Source of the DNA: Octopus sinensis
Lineage: Eukaryota
Direction: 5' to 3'
Assembly: GCF_006345805.1 (NCBI RefSeq)
Contig: NC_043006.1
Span: forward strand, 59,024,001 to 59,088,000
Length of the DNA stretch: 64,000 nucleotides
The first letter of the stretch is position 1. Each line of letters opens with the position of its first letter. The notes under the pieces are model-generated. The model worked only from the letters and a program-made list of their open reading frames with translations. It was not told the origin of the DNA and did not search any database. The position numbers were made by a program, and so were the translations under genes. Of the stretch, positions 27,590 through 40,989 are shown piece by piece.

Positions 27590-27800
27590 TCGAAGTTTGG
27601 CACATAGCCATACATTTTATGGGATGGTACATTCGATTTTATCGACCGAGTACTTGAACAGTATTATATTTTATTGAGTTCAAAAGGATGAAAGGAAAAC
27701 TCTACCTTAGTGGGATTTGAACTCAGAACGTAAAGAATTGTAACTAAATACTGTAAGGCATTTTGTCTGACACTTTATTGATTCTCACAGTTCACCGCTT
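27590..27800 (-). mobile_element. S2 SINE
   Basis: aaaaggatgaaaggaaaactctaccttagtgggatttgaactcagaacgtaaag core. Confidence 0.75.
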
Positions 27801-28249
27801 TTACAAATCAGCGCCGTAGTATTGATTTTAGGATGCGGTGATGTGTTCAAATCTTCGTGTAGTTCTAGTTTTGAGGACAGGTCAGTGGTAGGTCGAGTTT
27901 CATTACGTAACTTTCACAAAGTCAACCTCATGAAGCTTCTCTATGGGCACAGAGATATAGTGTTGTATATATATATATATATATTCATATGTATGTATGT
28001 ATGTATATGTATATAATTATTTAGTTTACTTTTCCGTTTAGGTAAGCTCAACAAAAAGTACTCCATCTGGGGAGAGATAAATATTGTTTAATGCACACAG
28101 TATATAGTTATTATCAACTAATAATTTAATACATTGATGATATTATCTAGTCAGGTTTTAAAACACTTCTAGCGTTCCCATGTAATCTTCAAGCTCTGAA
28201 TACATGGCCTATACATCTTACAATTTAGGACAATAGAACAAGAGAAATC

Positions 28250-28850
28250 ACGAGCAAAAACTAGAAATTGGGTTCAAAAAAGTGGAATGGTCAAAAATAT
28301 CGAAAAAGGAAAAAAAATAGGAAACAAAAATTATACATATCGCCAAATTGTAAAAGTAGAAATGCTTATGATATTGCTAACACGGTAACAACATCGGAAA
28401 ATGAAGTCGGAACTGCCATATATACAAATAAATATGGTAAATGCTCATGCAGAGAAAAATCAAAATGCCCAATGATGAACCTCTGTGTAAGTACAAATCT
28501 TGTATATAAATGTACCGTGCACACAAGGAGAGGGTCGTATGCTTACATCGGGCAGAATCGTTAACGTAACCACTTCGCCAGCTTCAAGAGAACAAATAAG
28601 AGACGTTCAAACATCTATGGCCGATGTTGTATGGCGACTGAAGGAGTATAAAACTAAGTACACCATAACTTGGTCCATAGGAAAGCACGCTAAACCATAC
28701 AGTATCATTTCAGACCCTGCTCCGAGGAATCCCTATCTATTCTGTGGACCAATGAGAAGATCATTAATAGAATTTCTGAAAGATTCTCAAGATGCCTACA
28801 CGTATATAAATGTACTTTCGCACAGTGGGAATGAATTTGAGTAGCTGTTA
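28250..28850 (+). mobile_element. Penelope-like element C-terminus (Cys motif plus GIY-YIG endonuclease), decayed
   Basis: KCSCREKSKCPMMNLCVSTNLVYKCTV...AYIGQ, then TSMADVVWRLKEYKTKYTITWSIGKHAKPYS, matching the PLE C.C....CP....C...VY....YIG and W.LK......I.W.I...AKPY patterns. Confidence 0.8.
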
Positions 28851-29924
28851 ACATAATTTACTTTAAGGTATGGCTGAATTAAGTCTAGCTTTAACCTCCC
28901 CATTCTTATTAGCACCAAGCATTTATTTAACTTGCTTTGTGATCGTGAGTGTACCAAACCACACGTGTACGTATGTCTACATTTTCACGGATGCTTGTAT
29001 GAGCGTGTGTGCACGCACCATGCAACTTGCACGAGAGCCTTAATACATCCATATCTTTTAACAGTTATTTTTGATACTTTTCTCGCTGTATTGCATGCTC
29101 GTTTCTATTTTGCATCTGTGATTTTATTTTTGATTTGTATAAATGGAAGTACCTTCCTTCGTTTTGCTACTTTTTTTATCTACGAAATGAGCAGATACGT
29201 TGCGGAACTGTTATTTTAACGAGCTGTGTCTATTTATCTCGATGAGACGCATCTGCACCGCCGGATGTTTCCTGAACCAGTTCTTAAGTGTCCCACCCAT
29301 CATGGATTGATGCTAAATGTGTCGAAACAATTGTCGTGATTAATAATAAAATTTCTCATATGTTCCATCTTCTGTCATTCATTTACTATATATATATATA
29401 TCAACAAATTTGCCTTGCATTTAGGTTGTTAAATTGTCAATAAGCTACCCATGATATATATATATATATATAATTAATCAATATAGGGTGGCAAAAAATT
29501 TTGTAGAATTTTTTTGCCACCAGCGGCGCGAGTGCGATGATTTGAAAATTTTAGGTCAGATATTGCCGAGGCAGGGACGGAAATGCCTCGTGAAAATATC
29601 TGTTCCGACTTGGCTATTTCTTACTGATGATTCTAAGGGCCTATGGAAGATTGGCTTGATTTAATTTAATCAGGTTAGTTTACCATTAAACAGTAGATGA
29701 AACGGTGCATCGTATAAGAAATTACAGGGTAAATGTTTTTTAATTTTCTCCTGGTTTACGGAATTGATGTTATTTTGCGGTTAAAGCTTTGGCTGTTATT
29801 TCTAGTGGGTGAATGGCCTATTATGGCCGTTCCTTGATTGTGATATATATATATATATATAATATATATATATATAATATTACATTATATGATATATATA
29901 TATATATATAAATATTACATTATA

Positions 29925-29969
<45 letters not shown>

Positions 29970-30934
29970 GTTTGGAAGCAATAATTCCTGCTTTTTAAAG
30001 TATATTGTCCTGTATGATATTTCAGGCGACAGAAAGATAATTCTTTTTTCATTTATTTTTTTATGTCACTTGAATGATCGTAGCATGTGGCGAGAAACTA
30101 TGAATACCGATTGATTTATAAACCAGTTTTGAGAGAATAAGTATCTAAACTATGTTTAATGAGCACTTTTTCTCACCTCAGTTTCACACTCACACACATA
30201 CACACTACGCGCATGCGCACACGCACGCATACACACGCACGTACACACATACACACATGAATGTCTGAATGAATGAATATTTGCCAGAGCCAAAAGTTTT
30301 GTGTAACCCTAAAGCATTAGTTGAAAATATAGAAAACAGTGAAAAGGTTCGAATGCTTGTAGGATTTTCTATATAGCAGGGGTAGTTTTGGTAGTGTAAA
30401 TTTCAACTGACAGCGAAAAATATAACCCTCCATAGTTATTCCAGATATAGTGGGTATCAGGTAAATGAGATCAATTAAAAATATAAAGACAAAAGTAAAG
30501 ATAAAACCAATATATTTTCAGAAAAATGTAATGCATATTGAGCAAGCTACATCAAACGAATACGTATTTTTAAACATGGGGTGATGAAGACAGAAGTTAT
30601 GACGTACATACACTTATGAGCAAAGCAAAAAGTAAACATGCCAGACCAACTTTTAAACAATTTTTGTAATATCTATTTTATTACGTAGTAAAAGTCTATA
30701 AAAAACACAAAATCTTGCAGAAATACATTTACGAGTTTATGTAACTCGTAAGTATGTTTCTTAGCTGCCTTCAAGATATCTAATCTTTTCAGACAACTAT
30801 TAGGTAGTATTTTGCTTTGAAAATGCCATTATCCTATTCATGTTTCACAGCTTTCCAGAGTTGATCTGAATTTATAAATTTTCTTCCAACAAATTTGTAC
30901 TGCGTTTTTGTATTTAGTTTGTAAGATTCTTTAT

Positions 30935-31815
30935 GTGAATTCGTGTTTTGAAGCAGATTTTGTTGTGTCTGGGGAGAGTCATTCTGTTCTAATGCCTTAT
31001 TACTTAACACACTCACCGGTCCGATTTCCATTCATTTACTTGATTATTTTTTTTCTAGAATTTTTTTTCTCTACAGAGAACTAAGTAGGTAGATAGGTAC
31101 ACAGGTAATACGGAGAGACAAACACACACACACATATACATACACAAACAGAGACGGAAACACATGACTATATGCACACTCCATAAACAGAGAAACAAAC
31201 ACACTCTACAAACACAGGAACAAGACACTTGTGGAGATGCATATCCATATATATAACAGATGCATGTACATAGTCACACAAACCATTGCATATAGACACA
31301 TTGAAACACGCATACACAAGGAGACAAAGGTACAGACACATACATATACACACAGACATACATAAACACACACAAACATGCATACATACACATGAATATG
31401 CAAAATACATACATACAAACGTACACACATCCATACATGTATATATATGCATGCACACACGCGTGCATGCATCCATTCGTCAATCGATCCATCCATTCAT
31501 CCATCCATCCATCCATCCATCCATACGTACATACATACATACATACATACACACATACATACATACATACATACATAAGTACGTACATACATATGTGTAT
31601 ATACATGCACGCTGACGCACACATGCGCACAAACATACAAAAAGAACGTAGCTCCGATAACGGACAGATTCAACAACTACTGAAAGCGTTGCAAGGAGCA
31701 ACGAAAATTTTAGAAAAGAATAAATAAGTAAATGGGTGGAAATCGAAACGTTGAGTGTGTTAAGTAATTAGGCATTAGAATAGAATGACTCTCCTCAGAC
31801 ACAACAAAGTTTGTA
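30935..31815. repeat. Inverted pair of MITE-like arms (30935-31075 and 31675-31815) around a microsatellite spacer
   Basis: ttgtgtctggggagagtcattctgttctaatgccttattacttaacacactca vs tgagtgtgttaagtaattaggcattagaatagaatgactctcctcagacacaa; related to 48695-48947. Confidence 0.7.
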
Positions 31816-31957
31816 CTTTATACATACATGCATATATACATACATACATACATATATATATATATTATATATAATATATATATATATATATAAATAAATA
31901 AATATATATGTATTTATACATACATACATATATATATAATATATATATATTATATAT

Positions 31958-31989
<32 letters not shown>

Positions 31990-32193
31990 CATACATACAT
32001 ATATATACACAATGTCTGTCCACTCATGACCAAGGAAGACCATTGGTAACCTTTAGGAAGATTGTGCGCTATTCACACTTTAATAATAAAGGATAAAATC
32101 GTTAAACATTTTATCAGTGGCCAGCATATAAAAATAAGCCTACTAAGGTGAAATCATTTATATAATTATAATTAAGGGCATAGCAAAATCTTG

Positions 32194-32286
<93 letters not shown>

Positions 32287-32304
32287 GTATGTATATACAG
32301 AAGG

Positions 32305-32460
32305 TAATGGCGAACTTCTGCTGACTCTTTCGCCACGACCTTCTCTCACTCTGTCTTCCTGCATCTTGCAGCTCACCTGCGACGGACTGGCAGGTAGGGA
32401 ACCTATACGCCAAGGAAACCGGGAAACCGGCCCCTATGAACCAGGCGTGGCACGAGAAGG
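32305..32460 (-). mobile_element. Diverged fragment related to the S4 SINE body (antisense to the 59953-60275 copy)
   Basis: Minus strand gccagtccgtcgcagg...ggaagacagagtgagagaaggtcgtggcgaaagagt aligns with plus strand 60057-60125. Confidence 0.6.
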
Positions 32461-32512
32461 AACAAACAAATGGTATATATGTATATATATATATATATAT
32501 ATGAGTACAGGA

Positions 32513-32572
<60 letters not shown>

Positions 32573-33109
32573 GTTTCTCTTAGACTGCATTATTGCAACG
32601 GCCACTGATAGAACCCACTGCAATCTGTACATTATGAACTAAGGTGCACTGCAAGGTTCGAATATGTCTCTTACACTTAGTTATACGCTCAAGATCTACT
32701 TTCTGCCTATTTATACAACTTACTACTATACAGATACGTTCACTTACAAATCGTTACCGTCCATATCACGGTAATCATCCACTCGAGATTTGCATTGCCT
32801 CCAGAATGAAAATCTCAAAAACTTCGCGAAGGGAGACATGGAGACGTAAAGCTAATGACGCAGTTTTAAGCTACGCTCGACTTCCTAAAATAGCAACGAA
32901 ATCATCTTCAGATCATTACCCCATTGACGTTTTAAAATAAAGATATATCGGATACTGTAATCCTAGATACACTGAAAGGATATTAAGGGCGCTCCTTCGA
33001 TCAGGTTTTTACCCGGTGTATCTCAAATTGGGTTAATTTGTTCTGGTCAAGTCTTGATAATAGCATCCAGTTATTTATTATTTATTTTATTTCTCATTAT
33101 CTTTGAAAA

Positions 33110-33250
33110 ACTATGCCGGAAAAATGCTTTCGTCCGTTATTATGCTTTGAGTTCAAATTCCACCAAGGACTACACCTTTCATTCTTTAGGGGTTGCTAAA
33201 ATAAGTACCAGCTGAGCATTGGGTGGGGATGACGTAATCGACGCCCTCGT
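33110..33250 (+). mobile_element. S2 SINE
   Basis: gagttcaaattccaccaaggactacacctttcattctttaggggttgctaaaataagtaccag. Confidence 0.7.
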
Positions 33251-34265
33251 GCCAAAATCTGTCTGTCTGTCTGTGTGTTTCCCTAAAACTTGAGAACTAC
33301 ACAACCAATTTCATTCAAATTTTACACATGCCTTACTTAGGGTCCGGGGAGTGTCATGGGCAAAAAAATGTTCAACTTCTTGCCTAGAGCGAGCCCATAG
33401 CAATATCATATCTTCTCCACTATTTCAGTATTACGTGTTAAAAGTGAAACAAAAACGTTTCTCTATTTTATGTCAGATACTTTCACTTTAACAATAAAAA
33501 TAATAATAACAATTGAATAATATGTAGTAAGTAATAATTAAAATCAAACTAAAGTATAATATAATCGTAACATAACAAAAGTAAAAATAGCAATTGGTAT
33601 AAAATTGCATCAATGACTTGAACTTGAATAAGTGGTTTCACATGAATGGGAATAAATTAAAAATAAAATTAGCGTGCAGAAATGGAATAGTCCAGATGGA
33701 TAATAAAAAACTAAATTAAAGAAAAGACTATTGTCTATAAATTATACAATGAAGAGAAAAAAGATTTGAACACATGGAGGAAAGCATCTTCGAAAAGTGT
33801 CTTGGTGCGAATATGAAAGGTATCTAATCAGAGGCGGTAAATTCGCCACAATAGAAGCAAGGTTCGAGTCAATGGAGCGTGCAAGGGAGTACTCGACTCG
33901 AACTTGCAAAGTGGAAATATTTTTTTTTACCTTTATATCTGGGACATAGGACGTCCCGGAAAAAAATTTAAAATCCCCCCCCCCCCCCGAAAAAAAGTAG
34001 AGGTAGGCTGGATTGTAGCCACACTTCTATACAAGAAGGAGGACAAGATACAATTGATCGAAATTACAAGAGACGGGCTAACAATTCCAGTCTGTTATAT
34101 ATTTTGAGTATTGTTATCACTAGCGATATCAAGATATAACTTTGTATTTTGTATTTTATGTGTAGATGTATATATATAGATGTACATGTAATATGTACAC
34201 ATATATATACACATATATACATGCACTAGCACTATGACCCGGCAATGACGGGTCTTTAATGCTAG
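33251..34265 (+). mobile_element. Non-autonomous Helitron (family H1), 5' end clipped
   Basis: 3' end GACCCG-gcaatga-CGGGTC hairpin followed by tttaatgCTAG|T; (CTGT)n near the 5' end. Confidence 0.75.
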
Positions 34266-34291
34266 TATATATATATATATATATATATATA

Positions 34292-34800
34292 TCTATATAT
34301 ATAAAACTCTAGTTGTGTGAGTGTCTGTCATCTTCGATTTAGATTCCTAACTCCTCCCACATTTTGCGGTGCAGTTTAACCAAAACCGGGTATCTTATAG
34401 TCGTGATTCATATCGAGCCCGTCTGACTATTAGCGCGCGTCAACGATGAGTCTACAATTTTAAAAATAATTTAACATCATTTTTTATTCCATTTTAATGC
34501 ATAAAATGCATCGTGTGTCGATGGCGGCGGAGTTGGCGTCCACGCTCAAACACCTGCACCTGTGTTTGCTTCTCCCCCTTCCCTCCCTCGTGAAGCTGTG
34601 GGGAAGGGAGTGTAAAGAAATCAACGTCGTAATGCGTTGTGAAGGAAACCAGCGTTCTTTTAGAACAACGACTTCATGGCTTGAAGATACCAAAACAAAA
34701 ATGGCTAAGAAAGCCTGAATTTATAAGGGAAGTAACTCTCTAAAATGCTTATATAGTTATTTCCCTTACAAACCCGAGCAACGCCGGGCGATACTGCTAG
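34292..34800 (+). mobile_element. Non-autonomous Helitron (family H2) copy 1
   Basis: A|TCTATATATATAAAA 5' end; 3' cccgagcaacgccggg hairpin plus cgatactgCTAG. Confidence 0.88.
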
Positions 34801-35315
34801 TATATATATAAAACTGTAGTTGTGTGAGTGTCTGTCTCCTACGATTTAGATTCCTAACTCCTCCCACATTTTGCGGTGCAGTTTAACCAAATTCGGGTAT
34901 CTTATAGTCGTGATTAATATCGAGCCCGTCTGGCTATTAGCGCGCGTCTACGATGAGTCTACGATTTTAAAAATAATTTAACATCATTTTTTATTCCATT
35001 TTAATGCATAATTTTTCGTGTGTCGATGGCGGCGGAGTTGGCGTCCACGCTCAAACACCTGCACCTGTGTTTGCTTCTCCCCCTTCTTCCCTCCCTCGTG
35101 AAGCTGTGGGGAAGGGAGTTTAAGGAAATCAACGTCGTAATGCGTTGTCAAGGAGACCAGCGTTCTTTTAGAACAACGACTTCATGGCTTGAAGACACCA
35201 AAACAGAAATGGCTAAGAAAGCCCGAATTGGCATCTATAAAGGAAGTAACTCTCTAAAAATACTTATATAGTTATTTCCCTTAAAAACCCGAGCAACGCC
35301 GGGCGATACTGCTAG
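34801..35315 (+). mobile_element. Non-autonomous Helitron (family H2) copy 2, directly head-to-tail with copy 1
   Basis: Same sequence (about 10 differences in the first ~185 bp by eye); lacks the initial TC; same hairpin and CTAG|T end. Confidence 0.88.
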
Positions 35316-35899
35316 TATATATATGTAAATATAATATGTGACACTTATTCGGTAGCCATGATAAAACTCCGAGTTATCCGAAAAAATTCTATGAAAATGA
35401 CCGTTAAACAAAGGGAAAATTACTGTGTGATTGACCGTTATTAAGACAAAAGAGCAATTAGAATGACTGCTAAGGGAGTAAAGGTAAGGGAGTAAAAATG
35501 TTCATAGTATTCGCGTAAGCGCGCCTGTCCATACCTACACATGCGCGCCCGCACAACCACGTACATGTGTCTATAAGTATATACTCATCCACCCTCATAT
35601 ATATATAAATATATATATATGTGTGTGTGTGTTTGTGTATTAATATTTCACTCAGGCATTACTACTAACAACCAGACCTCAGTACACATATAGTTGAGAA
35701 CGAAGCGTCAGTCGAGTACAAACCAGTAATAAGGATGACAAAAAATAAACTGGTATTTATGAACTTCATCGGCTCACAGCTGTTTCTTCTATAAAATGTA
35801 TTGCACTCATAGTTGAGTGCTTGGGTATCAGATGTAAGCTAATGAAATTCATGACAATTGTTTATTCCTTTGTCATCTCAATTTCTTACACATACACAC

Positions 35900-36085
<186 letters not shown>

Positions 36086-36499
36086 CTGTCTATCTTTTTA
36101 TACACACACACACACATCCAAACATAGAGAGACACACACACACAAACACATACACAGAGACGCATACAGGCACAGACAGACAGACAGACACACACACACA
36201 CATAGTTCGCGATTTCCAAAGTAGCAGTCTATTTGGTTGTTTCTTTCATATCTCTGTTTGTACATATTTCCCACTGGACATAGCTGCCGACTTGATCGCG
36301 CCTGTGAATATACTCAGACTTGTCAAGATCAAATAACGAAAAGATAAATTAACGGAAAAAGATGCTAATACCAAATCTATACGTGATATTAATATCTTTT
36401 CCCATTTATATTACTGTTGCAATTATCTTTGGTTAGACATTGACTCTGAGCAACAAGAATCATATCTTCGATTTATGATTTTAGTTCGAAACATTTGAG

Positions 36500-37800
36500 C
36501 CATTGATGGTTTGCACTCTGGCTTACAACGTCTCTGTCGAGTCTGAATAAAATATTGGTCATGGAGTAATTTTTTCACTCCATCTCTTTTCATAAGTACA
36601 TCTTGCTATTCCATTTTGATTTCCACTTTTGCTTTTATGCTATTTTTTGAATTGTTTTAGCTTCATCTAAATATCTTTGTTCTGAATACTTTGTTTGCAA
36701 TTAGTGCTTTATTGTTATTCTTATAAAGAGAACCCATTTGTTTTCTCTATATCTTCTTATCACACTAATCATTAGGTTCTATTTGCTTACGGCTAAGTAT
36801 TTATCTAGTCCTGTTATAATTTTTTTTAGTAGTTTTCTAATAGTCCTAGGCTCCAAGCACTATGCGAATGTCATATCAATATACTATCTATATCGCCTAT
36901 GGAGTAGTGGCCTCGGGATTTTCTTGTGTTTTCTTTTTGTATGTCTAAGCTCCTCATTTACTTAACTTCCAGTTTATTCTTTTGAAGCTGTCATTTTTAC
37001 TGGGAAGCTATATTTACGGGTTTAGTTTTTAAAAATTGCTTGTCTCTTCTATCATACTTATTTCTAATCGTTTTCATTTGTCTGTCTGGTAGTTCATCAA
37101 TTTCATCTTCTCTGGGGTATTTGTATGGGTAGCTTTGGCCTAATTTCAGTGTGAGCTATCTAATCTAATATTTTCAGTTTCGCTTAATTTAACAAATTTA
37201 TCTCTTCTAATAATAGCGTTGTTCAACTTCACAACCATATTTTTATGTTTTGGTTGAATTTATGAATAAATTAAGTTGGTTTTCTAAATGGTTATTATCC
37301 CTAGTGAATATTTCTCAACCATCCATAAAGATAGTTTATCGCTTGTTCATAGCATTTGCAACGACCGGTAGATACATTCAGTAGGTATATTAATAAGATT
37401 TAGAGTTAAGCTAAAGACCAAGGGACATAATGAATTTCTAGGGAAGATTTCTTAAGGATATGCGAATAGTTTTGACTAGTTTCTATTTGACTTGTAGTGG
37501 TAGTAATCTATTCCCTTTTAGCTGGGCATGATTGATGTATTAGTTCTACAAAATGTTTCCAGTATCCAAGAGTGTAGTAAATGTCAAATGCTTTTCTGTA
37601 ATTAGTCCAGGCATTGCTAAGGTTTGTTTTCCTCTTTTAACTGTCTTCTACAATTTCTCATTACACAGTTAGCCGCTCTACTAGATCAGGCATTCCTTTC
37701 TCGAAAGCTATCTGCTCCTCTGGTAATGTATGACTGTTCGCCAGGTGAGTAACCAGCCAGTTATAGAGACTGGATCAAAGGGCTTTGCATATTGTTGGAT
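36500..37800 (-). mobile_element. Highly decayed R4/Dong-type LINE RT region
   Basis: Broken motifs VMRNCRR...HSWILE, INYL and RSLDIQKENTRK...DIDS; multiple frameshifts. Confidence 0.5.
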
Positions 37801-38204
37801 AGCATGTTATGGCCTCATAGATTTTCCTCCGATTGGATGGTGGTGGTGTTTCTAGTATTTTTTTTAATGAATTTATGTAGTGTTTTCTTTCCACTAGAGA
37901 TTTTAAATATTGATTTTGGTCTGCTTATCAGTTCATTGAAAGCTATTACCATCAATCCACGGGTAGACGCTTATAATCCCAGGCGCATTTCAGTCGCTTG
38001 TAATTCTTACGGGTTAGGGTGGGTCATACTTATCGTGTTATCGTGTCTTTTTCTCTTCTGATCCGTTGTGAATTTTTGTCGTTGTGCTAATTATTTTGTT
38101 TGATATTCCCCTCTAGCATGCATGAAGTTCCGTTGAAATTGCTGTATTATTATTATTATTATTACTATTATCATTATTATTATTATTGTTATTATCATTA
38201 TTGT

Positions 38205-38385
38205 CAGTATCGTTAGCACGCTGGATGAAATGTTTAGCAGTATTTTGCCCGTCGCTACGTTCTGAGTTCAAGTTCTGCCGAGGTCGACTTTACCTTTCAT
38301 CCTTTCGGGGTCGATAAATTAAGTACCAGTGAAACATTGGGAACGATGTAATCGACTAATCCCCTTCCCCCCAAATTTGTAGCAA
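38205..38385 (+). mobile_element. S2 SINE
   Basis: cgttagcacgctggatgaaatg...gaggtcgactttacctttcatcctttcggggtcgataaattaagtaccag. Confidence 0.88.
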
Positions 38386-40830
38386 AATATCTTTTCTGAG
38401 CCTATCAAATTCTTTTGCTGAGATATTATGGTCACAAGGTACGATTATGCCAATCAATAAACAGACTTTATAGCTTTTTGTCTTTCACAACAATATCTGG
38501 TTTATTTGCTTTGACGGTCCGGTCTGTACGTATTGGGAAGTCCCAAAGAATCGTTACATTTTCTCCTTCAGTTATAACCTCAAGGTAGTGCTTGTACCAT
38601 TTGTCAGCTGTTTTTATTTCATAATGCCAACACATTATCCAATGTAGATATTGGCCAACTCTGTCATGGCTTGATTTGTACTAAAACTTTAAACCAAGAG
38701 ATTAGGTGGTCCACTGTTTCAATGCCATCGTTACAATATCGGCACCTTGGGTCTACACCATTTTCCATCACATTGGCTTGATAGTTCCGGTTCAATAAGC
38801 TCTGATCTTGAGCAGCCAAGATAAAGCCTTCACACTCTGCCTTTAGCCCTAAGTTCAGTAGCCACTGATGGGTGTGCTTCTGGTCTAAATCAGCGTATTT
38901 GCTACGGGTCACATATTTGCCGTGTAGAGGTTTTTGTTCCCACCTATCAACCAATTGTTCAAATGCATTTTGCTTTGTTATTGATTTTACCTTCTTTGTA
39001 AGGACAGTTGCCGCACTTCCATCATGCTGTTCAATCTGGGTATTATGCATAAACTCACTTGAAACATTTTGCGCTCTTTCACAAGAGAATGAAGCTTCTT
39101 ACGTTTTCCATGGTTTTCAACGAGCTTTAGCATCCAATCATTAGGTATATCAAGATATTTTCCCAGTCCAATTATGGTGGTTTTGTAAGAGATTTCAAAT
39201 TGGATCAAGCCTCGACTTCTTTGATCTCTGGCTAGTCAGCAGCTTACGGATTTTCCAGTCAATCTTCCTTATTTCGCTCATATTCCAGTTCAACATATTG
39301 AAACTAAATAATAACCGGAACTGTAAAGCAATTTAGAGCTAACACCTTGTTACGTGCATTTAATTTGGATTTTAGAACTACTGGAACTATCCTGTAACAT
39401 TCCTTACTGATCTCTTTCATGCTTCCATGCTGAAAGCCAGAACCCTCTTTATTCCGAGGTATTTGTGAGTTTGCTGCTGCTGGAGTTATTTTATGACTGT
39501 GTCAACATCTAACACCACTGAATGTGAGGCCTTCAATTTCCCTTTCTGGAAAGTGGCCTTGGCGCATTTATCAAGACAAAATTCCATCCCGATGGAATTG
39601 CTGAATGATATCACTGTACGTAGTAGTCCTTGAAGTTCATCATTGTCTTTGCCTTAAAGTTTTAAGTCATCCATATCAAATAGATGACTTATTTTCTTGT
39701 CGTTAATTTTATATCCATATCCTGTTTTGTTAAGTTCACTTGTAAGCAGTATTAGGACTATGCACAAAAATTAAATGTGAAAATGAGTGATCTTTGAAAA
39801 TGCCGCAGTTGATATTAATGTATTTTGTGGTCAATACTCCATTAGATTGGTACAACTGGAGATTCGTATTCCACACTGACATGTGCTTCAGGAAGTTTGA
39901 AATCACAGGAGAAATCTTGAAGATATCCAGCGATTTCAAGATCCATGAATGCCGTATACTGTCAAAGGCCTTTTTTTTTTTTATAATCAATCGATACAGA
40001 ACTAGATTTCTGCGGTTGTTATGACAGTTTTCAAGGATAATGCGATTGATTAAGAGTTGGTCTTTGCATCTATGTGAGCTTCCATTTTTGTTCAATGGGG
40101 AAAATATCGTTCAGTTCTATAAATTTGTATGTTTTCTCCACGACGATAGCTGTTAAAATTCTATCCGTGTTAGACAGACATGTTATAGGCCAATAGTTTT
40201 AGGGAAATTTGGTTTCATTATTCTTCGAGAGTAGGTAAATAATACCCCTTGCTAACCAATCAGTGTTTTCGTAGGATCTTGCAAAATTTCATTGAATAAT
40301 TGGACTAACTTTTTTTTTGCGTACGGGAGTGATGCGAGCCAGAAATTTGGCACCCTGCCATTACCAGGGGAGTTTCACTTCTGAGCCTTTGTGAGTGTCA
40401 TGCTTAGTTCTGCTATTGTGATGTCTTCCCATGCTTGTTCAGGTAAGTTTTGGTAGGTTCTTCCTGTGCGTTTAATCCAGTCTGCATTTTCATTGTAAGT
40501 CTTTTCATCATTCCAGATATTTTTCCAAAAGTTTTCAACTTCTTCCATGGGAGGGAGCGAGGTCTTCAGCGGTTATTTTCTCCTTCTCTATTTCTCTGTA
40601 GAATGTTTTCGCATTGGATGTGAACAGTTTATTTTGATTATAAAACTTGTTTCTCTTCTCAAATCTTCATATTCTTAGCGCTTTTGCTTGAACTTTTTGT
40701 TGCAGTGTTTCTTTTGCTGAAAGTATTTCTTCTCTTGGTGAGAATCTGTTTTCTCTTCATATATCTTCCTTTTCTGGCTTTTACATTGTTTCCACAGATT
40801 ATTTCATCTAATAATTAGGTTTTACATCGT
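38386..40830 (-). mobile_element. R4/Dong-clade LINE (~2.4 kb): pre-RT region, RT, CCHC knuckle and start of RLE; decayed, 3'-truncated
   Basis: EEVENFWKNIW, KKAFDSIRHSWIL, ISHLFDMDDLKL, IGMEFCLDKCAK, KPLHGKY, EGFILAAQDQSLLNRNYQ, CRYCNDGIETVDHLISWF and TILWDFPIRTDRTVKANKPDIVV. Confidence 0.9.
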
Positions 40831-40854
40831 TTCCACAGACCAGTTCATTCATTC

Positions 40855-40906
<52 letters not shown>

Positions 40907-40989
40907 GTTATTATTATTATTATTATTATTTGATACACGCACAACAAATTAGACTGCTGGAAAAGAAAAATTCCTTACAAATAACCTTA

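Noticed and set aside
32740-32860. Minus-strand GTAAGT donor with upstream open frames (e.g. WRQCKSRVDDYRDMDGNDL)
   Set aside because: No acceptor places that frame in phase 1; the phase-compatible readings are not CACNG-like.
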